Under the pieces are notes generated by a model, which was not told the origin of the DNA, searched no databases, and worked only from the letters and a program-made list of their open reading frames with translations. DNA of 64,000 nt from an uncultured delta proteobacterium. Its GTDB lineage: Bacteria > Myxococcota_A > Polyangia > Polyangiales > JAFGIB01. This document shows, piece after piece, positions 19,269 through 27,551 of the stretch. Within the stretch, counting starts at the first letter, position 1; each line of letters starts with the position of its first letter. The position numbers and the translations under genes were made by a program. The stretch is from NCBI GenBank assembly GCA_963778655.1, contig CAVZVA010000008.1, forward strand, positions 64,001 to 128,000, given 5' to 3'.

Positions 19269-19628
19269 TCAGGACAGCTTTTCCAGTAGCATCGGGGCCT
19301 GCATGCGCAACAGGTAGCGCGCCTTGCCGAAGTTGCCGGCGGGCTCGATTGTCATCGCCACGAAGTACTCGTCGTTGAGCAGGCGGATCAGGGTGGTCAT
19401 GTTCTCGGCGCGTACCGCCACCTCTTGCGCGGCGCCGAGATCGAGCATCGCCGCGGCCTGTTTGATCTGGCCGAGCACCACGCTGTATTCCGAGCCGACC
19501 GACTCGACGTTGAATGTGCTCGGGTCGCGGCTGTAGCTGTCGACGGTGATGCCGTCGAAACCCATCAGCAGGCTGGCGACGGCGCCGTCGGTGCCCTCCA
19601 CCAGCTCGCGCAACACGTCCTGGAACAT
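19269..19628 (-). CDS. mglC: Roadblock/LC7 protein, MglC-like
   Basis: Start MFQDVLRELVEGTDGAVASLLMGFDGITVD after AGGAGG-like GGAGG; GNFGKARYLLR near the C-terminus; synteny with the sgmX-like gene. Confidence 0.7.
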   Translation of the reverse strand: MFQDVLRELVEGTDGAVASLLMGFDGITVDSYSRDPSTFNVESVGSEYSVVLGQIKQAAAMLDLGAAQEVAVRAENMTTLIRLLNDEYFVAMTIEPAGNFGKARYLLRMQAPMLLEKLS

Positions 19629-19787
19629 GCGACCTCCGCCTTTCGGCCGAAAGTCTACTACGAAGGCCCGGCTGCTATTCAAAATTGTTGAGCTTTGGCG
19701 TGGTCGCCGCAGCGCCGCTCGGCGGGCGCCGGCCCAAGCCGGGTCGGGTGGGCGGGCACCCGCGCGTCCGTTCCTGCGCGCCGAGGC

Positions 19788-19815
19788 TTGACAACCAGGG
19801 CCGCGACGGTAGATG
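19788..19815 (+). promoter_or_regulatory. Possible promoter for tRNA-Leu/pgeF/folC
   Basis: TTGACA at 19788-19793; weak -10 TAGATG after a 16-bp spacer. Confidence 0.4.
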
Positions 19816-19828
19816 AGTCGCCTGCCCC

Positions 19829-19912
19829 GCGGACGTGGCGGAACTGGCATACGCGCTAGACTAAGGATCTAGTGGGGAAACCCTTGGAGGTTCGAGTCCT
19901 CTCGTCCGCACC
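19829..19912 (+). tRNA. tRNA-Leu, anticodon AAG
   Basis: Acceptor stem GCGGACG/CGTCCGC with discriminator A; D-loop AACTGGCAT; anticodon stem CTAGA/TCTAG with loop CT-AAG-GA; long variable arm; T-arm GGAGG-TTCGAGT-CCTCT. Followed by CC, so CCA is not fully encoded. Confidence 0.93.
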
Positions 19913-19915
19913 GCT

Positions 19916-20692
19916 ATGCTCCCTCCCGTGAGCGATGTGCTGCAATCTCGCTTGCTGGCGGAGCTGGGCTTTCGCCATGGCTTCAACCTGCGCACCGGCG
20001 GCGCCAGCGAGGGGCCGTTCGCGTCGTTCAATCTCGGCCGCGCCGTGGGCGACGACCCGGAACGGGTCGAGCAGAACCACCTGCGCTTTGCCCGTGCGGT
20101 GGGCTACGCGCCCGGCTCGCTGTTCGAGGTGAGCCAGGTGCACGGCGCGGCGGTGCGCGCGGTGTCCGCGCCCGACGCCCCTCTGGCGCTGCGCCGCGAG
20201 CAGGCCGACGCGCTGTGCGCCCCGGCCGGCGGGCTGGCCATCGGCGTGCGGGTCGCGGACTGCGTGCCGGTGCTGCTGGCCGACCCCCGCAGCGGTGCGG
20301 TCGCCGCCGTCCACGCCGGCTGGCGCGGCACCGTGCGCGGCGTGGTCGAGTCGGCGCTGTACGCGCTGCTCGCGCTGGGCGGCGGCGCGCCGGGCGAGCT
20401 CGCGGCCGCCATCTTCCCGCACATCCGTGCCTGCTGCTTCGAGGTGGGGCAGGACGTGGCCGAGGCGCTGGTGGCGGCCTCGCCCGACCCGTACGTGGTC
20501 GACCGCAGCCGGCTCAAGCCGCACGTGGACCTGTCCGCGATCGTCGCCGCCAAGCTCGCCGCCGCCGGGGTCCGGCCGGAGCGCATCGAGCCGCTCGAGG
20601 GCTGCACCCGCTGCGCGCAGCCGCGCTTCTTCTCGTACCGCCGCGACGGCCAGCGCTCCGGCCGCCATGTGTGCGCGATCGTGTCCGCGTGA
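19916..20692 (+). CDS. pgeF: PgeF/YfiH family (laccase-domain) protein
   Basis: SQVHG, ADCVPVLL, AVHAGWRG, CCFEVG, FFSYRRDG, GR near the C-terminus. Confidence 0.92.
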   Translation: MLPPVSDVLQSRLLAELGFRHGFNLRTGGASEGPFASFNLGRAVGDDPERVEQNHLRFARAVGYAPGSLFEVSQVHGAAVRAVSAPDAPLALRREQADALCAPAGGLAIGVRVADCVPVLLADPRSGAVAAVHAGWRGTVRGVVESALYALLALGGGAPGELAAAIFPHIRACCFEVGQDVAEALVAASPDPYVVDRSRLKPHVDLSAIVAAKLAAAGVRPERIEPLEGCTRCAQPRFFSYRRDGQRSGRHVCAIVSA

Positions 20693-20720
20693 CGCTTTGC
20701 CCGGAGCACCCGCCCACGCC

Positions 20721-22004
20721 ATGCGCTACGAGGAAGCGATCGCCCGCTTGTTCGCGATGCAGTCACGCGGGATTCGCCTCGGCCGCAGCCGCATGGCGGC
20801 GGCGCTCGCGCTGCGCGGGCATCCCGAGCGCGGCCAGTGCTACCTGCAGGTGGCGGGCACCAATGGCAAGGGCAGCATCTCGGCGATGCTGGCCGCGTGC
20901 CTGCAGCAGGCCGGCTATCGCACGGGGCTCTACACCTCGCCGCACCTGCAGCGCTACGTCGAGCGCGTGCGCATCGACGGCCGGCCGCTCGCCGAGCGCG
21001 AGGCCGCCGCGCGCATCTCCGAGCTGCTGGACGCGTTCGCGCGCAAGGGCGCGCCCGAGACCACCTTCTTCGAGCTGACCACGCTGCTCGCGCTGGAGGC
21101 GTTTCGCGACCACGGCTGCGACGTCGTGGTGCTGGAGGTGGGCCTGGGCGGCCGCCTCGACGCGACCAGCGCCGTGACGCCGAGGGTGAGCGTGATCAGC
21201 TCGATCGCGCTCGACCACACCCGCATCCTGGGCGACAGCCTGGCCGCGATCGCGCGCGAGAAGGCCGGTATCGCCAAGCGCGGGGTGCCGCTGGTGAGCG
21301 GCGTGCGCGAGCCGGAGGCGCGGCGCGTGATCGCGGCGCGCGCGCGGCGCGTGGGCGCGCCCACCTGGCAGATCGACCGTGACTTCGCCTGGACGCCCGC
21401 CGCGCGTCCTGGGCGCTTTGACGTGCGCATCGGGACGCACGTATTGCCCGGCCTGCGCACGCGGTTGCGGGGCGAGCACCAGCAGCACAACGCAGCCTGC
21501 GCCGTGGCTGCCCTGTGGCGCCTGCGCGAGACCGGCATCCGCGTGCCGGAAAGCGCGATCCGGCGCGGGCTGCTGCGCGTGCGCTGGCCCGGCCGACTGG
21601 AGCGGGTCGGCAGGCGGCCCGCATTCCTGTTCGACGCGGCGCACAACCTCGACGGCTGCCGCAGCCTGGCGCGCTATCTGGACGCGGTGGGTCGCCCGGG
21701 TTCGCGCGTGCTGGTGTTTGGCGCCATGGCCGACAAGCAGTACGGCGAGATGCTGCGCGTGCTGGCGCCGCACGTGGACCGCATCTTCTTTAGCCCGCCG
21801 CCGATGCCGCGCTCGGCCAGCCACGCGCAGCTGCGTCGCTTCGCCACCGGCGTGCGCACGCGTGACGTGCGCGACGCGATCGCGCGCGCGCGTCGCGCCG
21901 CCGGCCCACGCGGCGAGGTGCTGGTCGCCGGCTCGATCTTCCTGGTCGCCGAGGCCCGCGCTCACGTGCTCGGCACGCGCCGCGACCCGCTGATCCGCAT
22001 GTGA
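20721..22004 (+). CDS. folC: Folylpolyglutamate synthase/dihydrofolate synthase
   Basis: VAGTNGKGS, YTSPHL, LEVGLGGRLDAT, IAREKAGI, WPGRLE, DAAHN; start MRYEEA at 20721. Confidence 0.95.
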   Translation: MRYEEAIARLFAMQSRGIRLGRSRMAAALALRGHPERGQCYLQVAGTNGKGSISAMLAACLQQAGYRTGLYTSPHLQRYVERVRIDGRPLAEREAAARISELLDAFARKGAPETTFFELTTLLALEAFRDHGCDVVVLEVGLGGRLDATSAVTPRVSVISSIALDHTRILGDSLAAIAREKAGIAKRGVPLVSGVREPEARRVIAARARRVGAPTWQIDRDFAWTPAARPGRFDVRIGTHVLPGLRTRLRGEHQQHNAACAVAALWRLRETGIRVPESAIRRGLLRVRWPGRLERVGRRPAFLFDAAHNLDGCRSLARYLDAVGRPGSRVLVFGAMADKQYGEMLRVLAPHVDRIFFSPPPMPRSASHAQLRRFATGVRTRDVRDAIARARRAAGPRGEVLVAGSIFLVAEARAHVLGTRRDPLIRM

Positions 22005-22008
22005 TGCG

Positions 22009-23589
22009 CTAACCGAGCACGCGCGCGATGTTGTCGAGCAGCTCGTCGCCGCGCACGGGCTTGTGCAGCACGATGCCGGGGTACTTGCGCAGGAAGCCCT
22101 CGAAGGAGGCGTCGGAGCCGGCCGAGGTCACGATCAGCGCGCGGCGGTGCAGGTCGGGACGGTGCTGCTCGAGCCAGGAGAGCAGGGCGCGGCCGTCGGC
22201 TCCGGGCAGATCGAGCTCGAGCAGCACCGCGTCCGGCGTGGAGCCGGATTCGAGCAGCTCGATGGCGTCGCGACCGTCCTGCGCGATCAGCAGGTGGTGC
22301 AGCGGATTGAGCAGGCGCATGTACGAGCGCAGCACGCGCTCGTCGTCGTCGACCACCAGCACCGAGTGCCTCGCCGGCGGCGCGCTCGACCGGGGGCGCT
22401 CGCCGGCCGCCTGCCGGTGATAGACGGCGCGCACGGCCTCGAGGCTCGGGATCGGCAGAAAACACACGAAGGTGGCGCCCTCGCCGTAGACCGACTCCAC
22501 CGACAGATCGCCGCCGAGCTCGCGCAGCGCCGAGCGCGAGATCGCCAGACCCAACCCTGTTCCCAGCTCCAGACGCTTGGTGGTGAAGAACGGATCGAAG
22601 ATGCGGTCGAGCGCGTCGCGGGCGATGCCCGGCCCGGTATCGTTGACCACCAGCGCGACGAAGTCCTCGTCCGCGCGCGCGCTGATGCGCACGCGGTGAT
22701 TCGGTCGCTCGACCTCGCGGATCGCGTGGGCCGCGTTGATCAGCAGGTTGATCACGACTTGGGTGACGCGGTTGCGCGGCAACACCAGCTTGGGCAGGTC
22801 GGCGGCGTAGTCGCGGTCGAGCAGGGCGTGGTTGAACAGCTCGTGGCCGACCAGACGCAACGCCTGGTCCACAATCTCCTCGACCTCGACCAGGTCCGGC
22901 GGCTCAGTGCGATCGGACCGCGCGAATACACGCAGGTCGCGCACGATCGACGCGATCGAGTCCGCGGCGGTCCCGATGTCGTCCAGGATGCGCGCCGCGT
23001 CGCGGCCGCGCCCCTGGGCCGGCTCGAGCTTGCGCAGCTTGTCCCAGGTGGTGTCTGCCACCGCGTCGCCTGAGCGCAGCGCGCGCGCGATCTCCCACGC
23101 CCCCTCGCACGCCGGCAGCACGTAACGCCGCGCCGCCTCGATCGAGAGCAGCATCACCGCCAGCGGGTTGTTGATCTCGTGTCCGATGCCCGCGACCATC
23201 GCGCCCAGCGCCGTGAGCTTTTCCGCGTGCGCGAAGGTCTGCTGCATGCGCGCGCCGTCGGCGCGCAGGCGCGCGCGGATCGCCACCCGGTCGACGAATG
23301 CCGCCAGCGCGCTGGCGCCGGCGGACTTCAGCACCACCGCCTCGTCCGCGCCGCCGGCCAGCGCAGAGATCGCGTCGGGCTCGTCCCGCGCCACCACCCC
23401 GATCGGCACCACGCCCTCGCGGGCGCGCGCTTCGGCCACCGCCTGCTGCGGCGCGCCGTCGAGAGCCTCGAACTCCAGGCCGCGCGCTTGCGCCCAGGGC
23501 AAGCCTTCGGCCAGCGCGTGCAGTGAGGCGCGCAGCTCGGCGTTCTGGACCAGGATCAGCGTGCGGGCATCAGACATCGCCGCGGCCAT
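22009..23589 (-). CDS. Cytoplasmic hybrid histidine kinase with an atypical C-terminal receiver
   Basis: H-box AGIGHEINNPL, N-box NLLINAAHA, DTGPGI, FDPFFTTK, GTGLGL; receiver VLVVDDD...LLELDLPGADG...KP; no transmembrane segment. Start at 23589 or 23577. Confidence 0.9.
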   Translation of the reverse strand: MAAAMSDARTLILVQNAELRASLHALAEGLPWAQARGLEFEALDGAPQQAVAEARAREGVVPIGVVARDEPDAISALAGGADEAVVLKSAGASALAAFVDRVAIRARLRADGARMQQTFAHAEKLTALGAMVAGIGHEINNPLAVMLLSIEAARRYVLPACEGAWEIARALRSGDAVADTTWDKLRKLEPAQGRGRDAARILDDIGTAADSIASIVRDLRVFARSDRTEPPDLVEVEEIVDQALRLVGHELFNHALLDRDYAADLPKLVLPRNRVTQVVINLLINAAHAIREVERPNHRVRISARADEDFVALVVNDTGPGIARDALDRIFDPFFTTKRLELGTGLGLAISRSALRELGGDLSVESVYGEGATFVCFLPIPSLEAVRAVYHRQAAGERPRSSAPPARHSVLVVDDDERVLRSYMRLLNPLHHLLIAQDGRDAIELLESGSTPDAVLLELDLPGADGRALLSWLEQHRPDLHRRALIVTSAGSDASFEGFLRKYPGIVLHKPVRGDELLDNIARVLG

Positions 23590-23603
23590 TGTCCACCTTG
23601 CGC

Positions 23604-24698
23604 TCAGACGAAGGAAGACTGCTCGCGATCGACTTCGAGCACGGCCGCCGCGCGTGTGAAGCCCGCGCCCTGGGCGTAGAGGGCTACGAACGTGCCTGGC
23701 GACAACAGCCCCCGCATGCGTGCACGGGCGAGGTTGAACAGAGGGCCACATACGCCGACATGTGCGATGTCCTCGTAGGTGGTCACCGCGCGCGACCTCG
23801 GCAGACCGAGCCGCTCCGCGATCGCGCCTGGCAGGAAGCCGCGCGGCTGCACGCTGGCCAGCACCTGCAGGCGCTCCACCTCGACCTGGGCCCGGACGGC
23901 AGCCTCACGCACGGTGGTCGCGCCGAAGCTCACCGTCTCTCGCATCAGCAGCTTGACTTGTTCGGGTGCGCAGCTGCCCAGCCGGAATGCGGCGCCCGGC
24001 TGCCACCACGGGGGATCGCTGCTCGCGTCGCTGCCGCGCACCCAGGTGACCGCGGGTGCGTATTCGCCGTGGGTCACGCCGAGCGTGGCCCGCAGCCTCA
24101 GCCCGCGACCGCGGGTGACCACGAGCGCGCTCGCGGCATCTCCGAGCCCGGGTGTTGCCGGGTGCATGAAGGGCATCGCGCGCAGCAACAGGTGCGACTG
24201 CGTCAGCAGGACCACCCTCGCCAGCCCGCTCTCGAGATAGGCGCGCGCGATCTCCAGCTGCGCAAGCGCGCTCGCACAGGCCGCGTCCACGCCCAGCGCC
24301 AGCGCCCGCCCGGCGTTCAACCCGTGTGCGACCGCCGCAGCGGTCGGCGGAATCAAGCGCTCCGCGACCAGCGCGTTGGACAGCACCAGATCGACGTCCG
24401 TCCCCGGTATGCCCGCGTCCGCGAGCGCGGCGCGGGCGGCGTGCAGCTCCGCTTCCGCGGCCGTGGTAGAGGCGTCCGCGACGCGCCGCCGGATTGCGCC
24501 CAGGAATGGGTCGGTCGCTTCGCGGGCCAAGTCGCGAGCCACGATGGCGGCCGCGGCCGGATCCTCGGATTCCGGGATGTCGTTGAACGTCCGTTCGCTG
24601 GCGGTGTGCTCGCGCGTCGCGAACGAGGCAGGCCACGCGTCGTTTGCTCGCACCTGCTCCGGCAGCCAGGTGCCGAGCCCCACGATCGCGACGCTCAC
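23604..24698 (-). CDS. 3-oxoacyl-ACP synthase III (FabH)-like enzyme with a non-canonical triad
   Basis: GTG start overlaps the upstream TGA. Motifs: VAIVGLGTWLP, DAACAS (catalytic Cys), GLGDAASA, SVQP at the HQAN site, AHVG at the GN site, GAGFT. Confidence 0.85.
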   Translation of the reverse strand: MSVAIVGLGTWLPEQVRANDAWPASFATREHTASERTFNDIPESEDPAAAAIVARDLAREATDPFLGAIRRRVADASTTAAEAELHAARAALADAGIPGTDVDLVLSNALVAERLIPPTAAAVAHGLNAGRALALGVDAACASALAQLEIARAYLESGLARVVLLTQSHLLLRAMPFMHPATPGLGDAASALVVTRGRGLRLRATLGVTHGEYAPAVTWVRGSDASSDPPWWQPGAAFRLGSCAPEQVKLLMRETVSFGATTVREAAVRAQVEVERLQVLASVQPRGFLPGAIAERLGLPRSRAVTTYEDIAHVGVCGPLFNLARARMRGLLSPGTFVALYAQGAGFTRAAAVLEVDREQSSFV

Positions 24699-26632
24699 GG
24701 CGCACCTTTGCGCGCGATCTCGGGGCTCACGCCCGGGGCCGCTGCCGCGCGCGCGCCCATCGACATGTGCTGCAGCGCCTCCACGCGCCCCCCGCCGCGG
24801 ATGCGCAGCCCGGCGTCGATGCGCGCGTCGATCAGCGCCGGGCCGCCGGCCGATAGCAGCTCCTGCACCAGCGCAGCGTCGATCTGCCCGGGGGCCGTGA
24901 TGGCGACCGCGGGCATGCCAAACGCCGAGGCCCAGGTGGTGAAGTCCACGTGCGGCATGGCATAGTCCTCGGCCTGGCCGAAGATCTGGCGCATGCCGTG
25001 GTGGACCATGTTGTAGCGGCCGTCGTTGAACACCACGAACAGGATCGGCAACCGCTCGCGCATCGCCAGCAGCGCCTCCATCCCGGCCATGTGCATGCCT
25101 CCGTCGCCTGCGATGCACACCACCGGGCGCAGCTCGTCGGCCAGCGCCAGCCCGATCGCGCCTGCGATGCCCGAGCCCATGCTGCCCAGATTCAGCTGCA
25201 CGTGGAAGTGGTCGGGCGTGGTCGCCGTCAGGTAGTGCAGCGCGTACAGCATGTGCTCGCCGATGTCGGTGACGAAACGCGCCTCGGGCCCGACGGCGGC
25301 CTCCAGATCGCAGATCAGGCGGTGGGGCGCGATCGGCAGCGCGTCGTCGCTCGCGGCCCCGGGCTGGTCGAAGGGGGATTGCGCGCGCGCCCTGCGCAGA
25401 GCCGCGTGCGCTGCGGCGTTCAGCAGGCCGTCGTGCTCGAACGCGCTCGCCAGCGCCACCGCGAACGCACCCACGTCGGCGGTCACGCCGAGCGCCGTGC
25501 TCAGGTTGCGGCCGAACACGCGCGCGTCGAGATCGACGTGGACCAGGCGGCCGCCCGCGCCGAGATAGGGCGTGGGTCCGACCGAGGTGTCGTCGAGGTC
25601 GGTGCCCAGCGCCAGGCACACGTCGACCGGCTCGGAGGTGTAGCGCCGCGCCCAGCATGACGCCGCCATGCCCCCGTTGCGTAGCGAGCGCGGATGACGC
25701 TCGCTGACCAGGCCCTTGGCGCGCGGCGTGGTCACGAACGGCACGTTGGTGGCGTCGGCCATGCGGCGTAGCGCCGCCTCGTGCCCGCGGCACCCGGCGC
25801 CGATCACGATCAGCGGCCGCTTCGCCCGCGCCAGCCATTCGGCCGTGAGGGCCACGCTCGCTTCGGGCGGAGCGCCCACGAGCGGGCGTGTGGCCTCGCG
25901 CAGCTCGGTCGGTTCGCATGGCTCCATCGCTCGGTCGAGCGGCAACACGAACAGCGCAGGCCCCGGGTGCAGCGGATCGCTGGCCACCTGCAGCGCGGCC
26001 AGCGCCTGGCTCACCACGCTGCGGCCGTGCGCCGCTCGCACGCGGATGCGCGTGATCGGCTCGAGGATCGATTCGATCGCGATGCCTTCCGGCCCCGAGT
26101 CTTGCGCCAGCCGGCGACCGCTGCTGGACCAGGCCACGTCGCCCGCGATCACCAGCATCGGCACCCGCTCGAGGCTCGCCGAGGCGATCCCGGTCACCGC
26201 GTTGGTGACGCCGGGACCCGCGGTCACCACCACTGCGGGCACCCGCCCGCTGGCCCGGTGGTAGAGCGCGGCCGCGAATGCGGCGTGGTTCTCATGACGC
26301 GACTCAATCAAGCGCGCGCCCGCGCTCAAGCGGATGGCCTCGAAGACGGGGCATACCGGTCCGCCCGGAATGCCGAAGAAGGTGTCCACGCCGCGCTCGA
26401 CCAGCGCTTCGACCAGCCGGCGCGCCGCCGCATCCGGGGCCAAGCTCGAGCTTGCAGCCGGCGCCTGCGAGCGGGCGCGCGGCAGGGCGGACACGACGCT
26501 GGGGGGGAGCGCGCCGCCGCGCGCGATCTCGCGAAAATCAGAGTCGCGCTGCGGGCGGGCCGCCTGCTCGTCCGAGGTTTCCTCGATAACAGGAACAGGA
26601 CGCGCGGTCCCGGCGGAATCTTTGGCCGACAT
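24695..26632 (-). CDS. Thiamine-diphosphate-dependent enzyme (acetolactate synthase-like, putative acyloin synthase)
   Basis: FFGIPGG, RHE, TAGPGVTNAVTG, GSMG, GDGG...VFND ThDP-binding motif; no ilvN/ilvC neighbours. Confidence 0.88.
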   Translation of the reverse strand: MSAKDSAGTARPVPVIEETSDEQAARPQRDSDFREIARGGALPPSVVSALPRARSQAPAASSSLAPDAAARRLVEALVERGVDTFFGIPGGPVCPVFEAIRLSAGARLIESRHENHAAFAAALYHRASGRVPAVVVTAGPGVTNAVTGIASASLERVPMLVIAGDVAWSSSGRRLAQDSGPEGIAIESILEPITRIRVRAAHGRSVVSQALAALQVASDPLHPGPALFVLPLDRAMEPCEPTELREATRPLVGAPPEASVALTAEWLARAKRPLIVIGAGCRGHEAALRRMADATNVPFVTTPRAKGLVSERHPRSLRNGGMAASCWARRYTSEPVDVCLALGTDLDDTSVGPTPYLGAGGRLVHVDLDARVFGRNLSTALGVTADVGAFAVALASAFEHDGLLNAAAHAALRRARAQSPFDQPGAASDDALPIAPHRLICDLEAAVGPEARFVTDIGEHMLYALHYLTATTPDHFHVQLNLGSMGSGIAGAIGLALADELRPVVCIAGDGGMHMAGMEALLAMRERLPILFVVFNDGRYNMVHHGMRQIFGQAEDYAMPHVDFTTWASAFGMPAVAITAPGQIDAALVQELLSAGGPALIDARIDAGLRIRGGGRVEALQHMSMGARAAAAPGVSPEIARKGAP

Positions 26633-26684
26633 TAAGCTACTCCAGATTGGGGGCCGGCCGCCGCCGTCTCGGGCGAGAGCTGCC

Positions 26685-26766
26685 TACCCAAGGCCCGCCG
26701 ACCGTATCCAAAACGACGTGGGTACGCTACCCCCCTACATCGATCCAGACTACCCACATAGGAATA
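26685..26766. promoter_or_regulatory. Cluster of TACCCA-like heptamers (NarL/LuxR-type sites) upstream of the ThDP gene
   Basis: TACCCAA 26685, TATCCAA 26705, GTGGGTA 26718, TACCCCC 26728, and a 7-2-7 arrangement TACCCAC-AT-AGGAATA at 26751-26766. Confidence 0.45.
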
Positions 26767-26794
26767 CGTTTGCGCCACGGCCGGCATGCGGGCG

Positions 26795-27388
26795 CTACCA
26801 GCGCAGGATGTGCCTGCCGCTGAAGCGGGTCTCCAATACGACCTCGGTCCGGACCGGCACCGACACTGCGTCGAAGGTCCCCTGTGCCGCGCCCAGCAGA
26901 TACGACTCGATCCACACGTACTCCTCCACCATCGACATCACAGCAGTGCGCTCCTCGGGAAAGCTCAGCTCCCAGGATCCGTAGGTGAAGCTCTGCCGGC
27001 GCGCTGCGGCGCCTTGCTGCAGCAGCTTCTTGGGGTCGCGCGAGAGCAGCCGCAGCAACGCGCGGCCGACCAGGCTCTCGGCAAAGCCCACCGCGTTGCG
27101 CCGGCCGATCTCGAACATGCCCTCGTGGACCCGCCCCGGGCTGGTCAGCAGCGCTCCGCCCACCGCGAGTCGGGTCATGAAGTCAGCCAGCGGATACCAA
27201 AGCACTGCGGTGAAGCGCCCCGGGAACATCGAGCGGTAGCGCTCGAGCTGGTGCGCGCGCTCGAGCACCGATTCGATGTTGCGGAAGTACAGGCCGCGCA
27301 CCCGGGCCGAGGGGGGCAGGATGGTCAGCCGCTCGGCCAGATCGCAGTAGCGGCACACCTCCTCCACGACTGCGCTGCGGTCACTCAC
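26795..27388 (-). CDS. DUF2378 / TIGR02265 family myxobacterial protein
   Basis: GTG start (SDRSAVVEE); VRGLYF, YPLADF, FAESLVGRALL, TYG, LLGAAQG. Confidence 0.8.
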   Translation of the reverse strand: MSDRSAVVEEVCRYCDLAERLTILPPSARVRGLYFRNIESVLERAHQLERYRSMFPGRFTAVLWYPLADFMTRLAVGGALLTSPGRVHEGMFEIGRRNAVGFAESLVGRALLRLLSRDPKKLLQQGAAARRQSFTYGSWELSFPEERTAVMSMVEEYVWIESYLLGAAQGTFDAVSVPVRTEVVLETRFSGRHILRW

Positions 27389-27551
27389 GCACCGCAGCAT
27401 ACATGGCAGCGCTAGCCAAACCAGGGGGGGCCGAGCCCGACCAGCCGACCCATGATGAGCGCAACTTGCCTCGCGCGGTGTGAGGACTGTAACTATGCTC
27501 AGCCCGCGGCCGGGCGGCTGGCGTCGGCCCGCCCCCGCAGATCGATCCAGC

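Noticed and set aside
20295..20720. Extended starts of folC (and of rpsB at 31647, tsf at 33188, mglC at 19850)
   Set aside because: They overlap other genes or the tRNA; homology and RBS positions support the downstream starts.
23604..25919. 771-aa ORF suggesting a long KAS III fusion
   Set aside because: The upstream part is an off-frame shadow of the ThDP gene; the likely start is the GTG at 24698.
24695..26632. Housekeeping acetolactate synthase ilvB
   Set aside because: No ilvN/ilvC, divergent sequence, and translational coupling to a KAS III-like gene.
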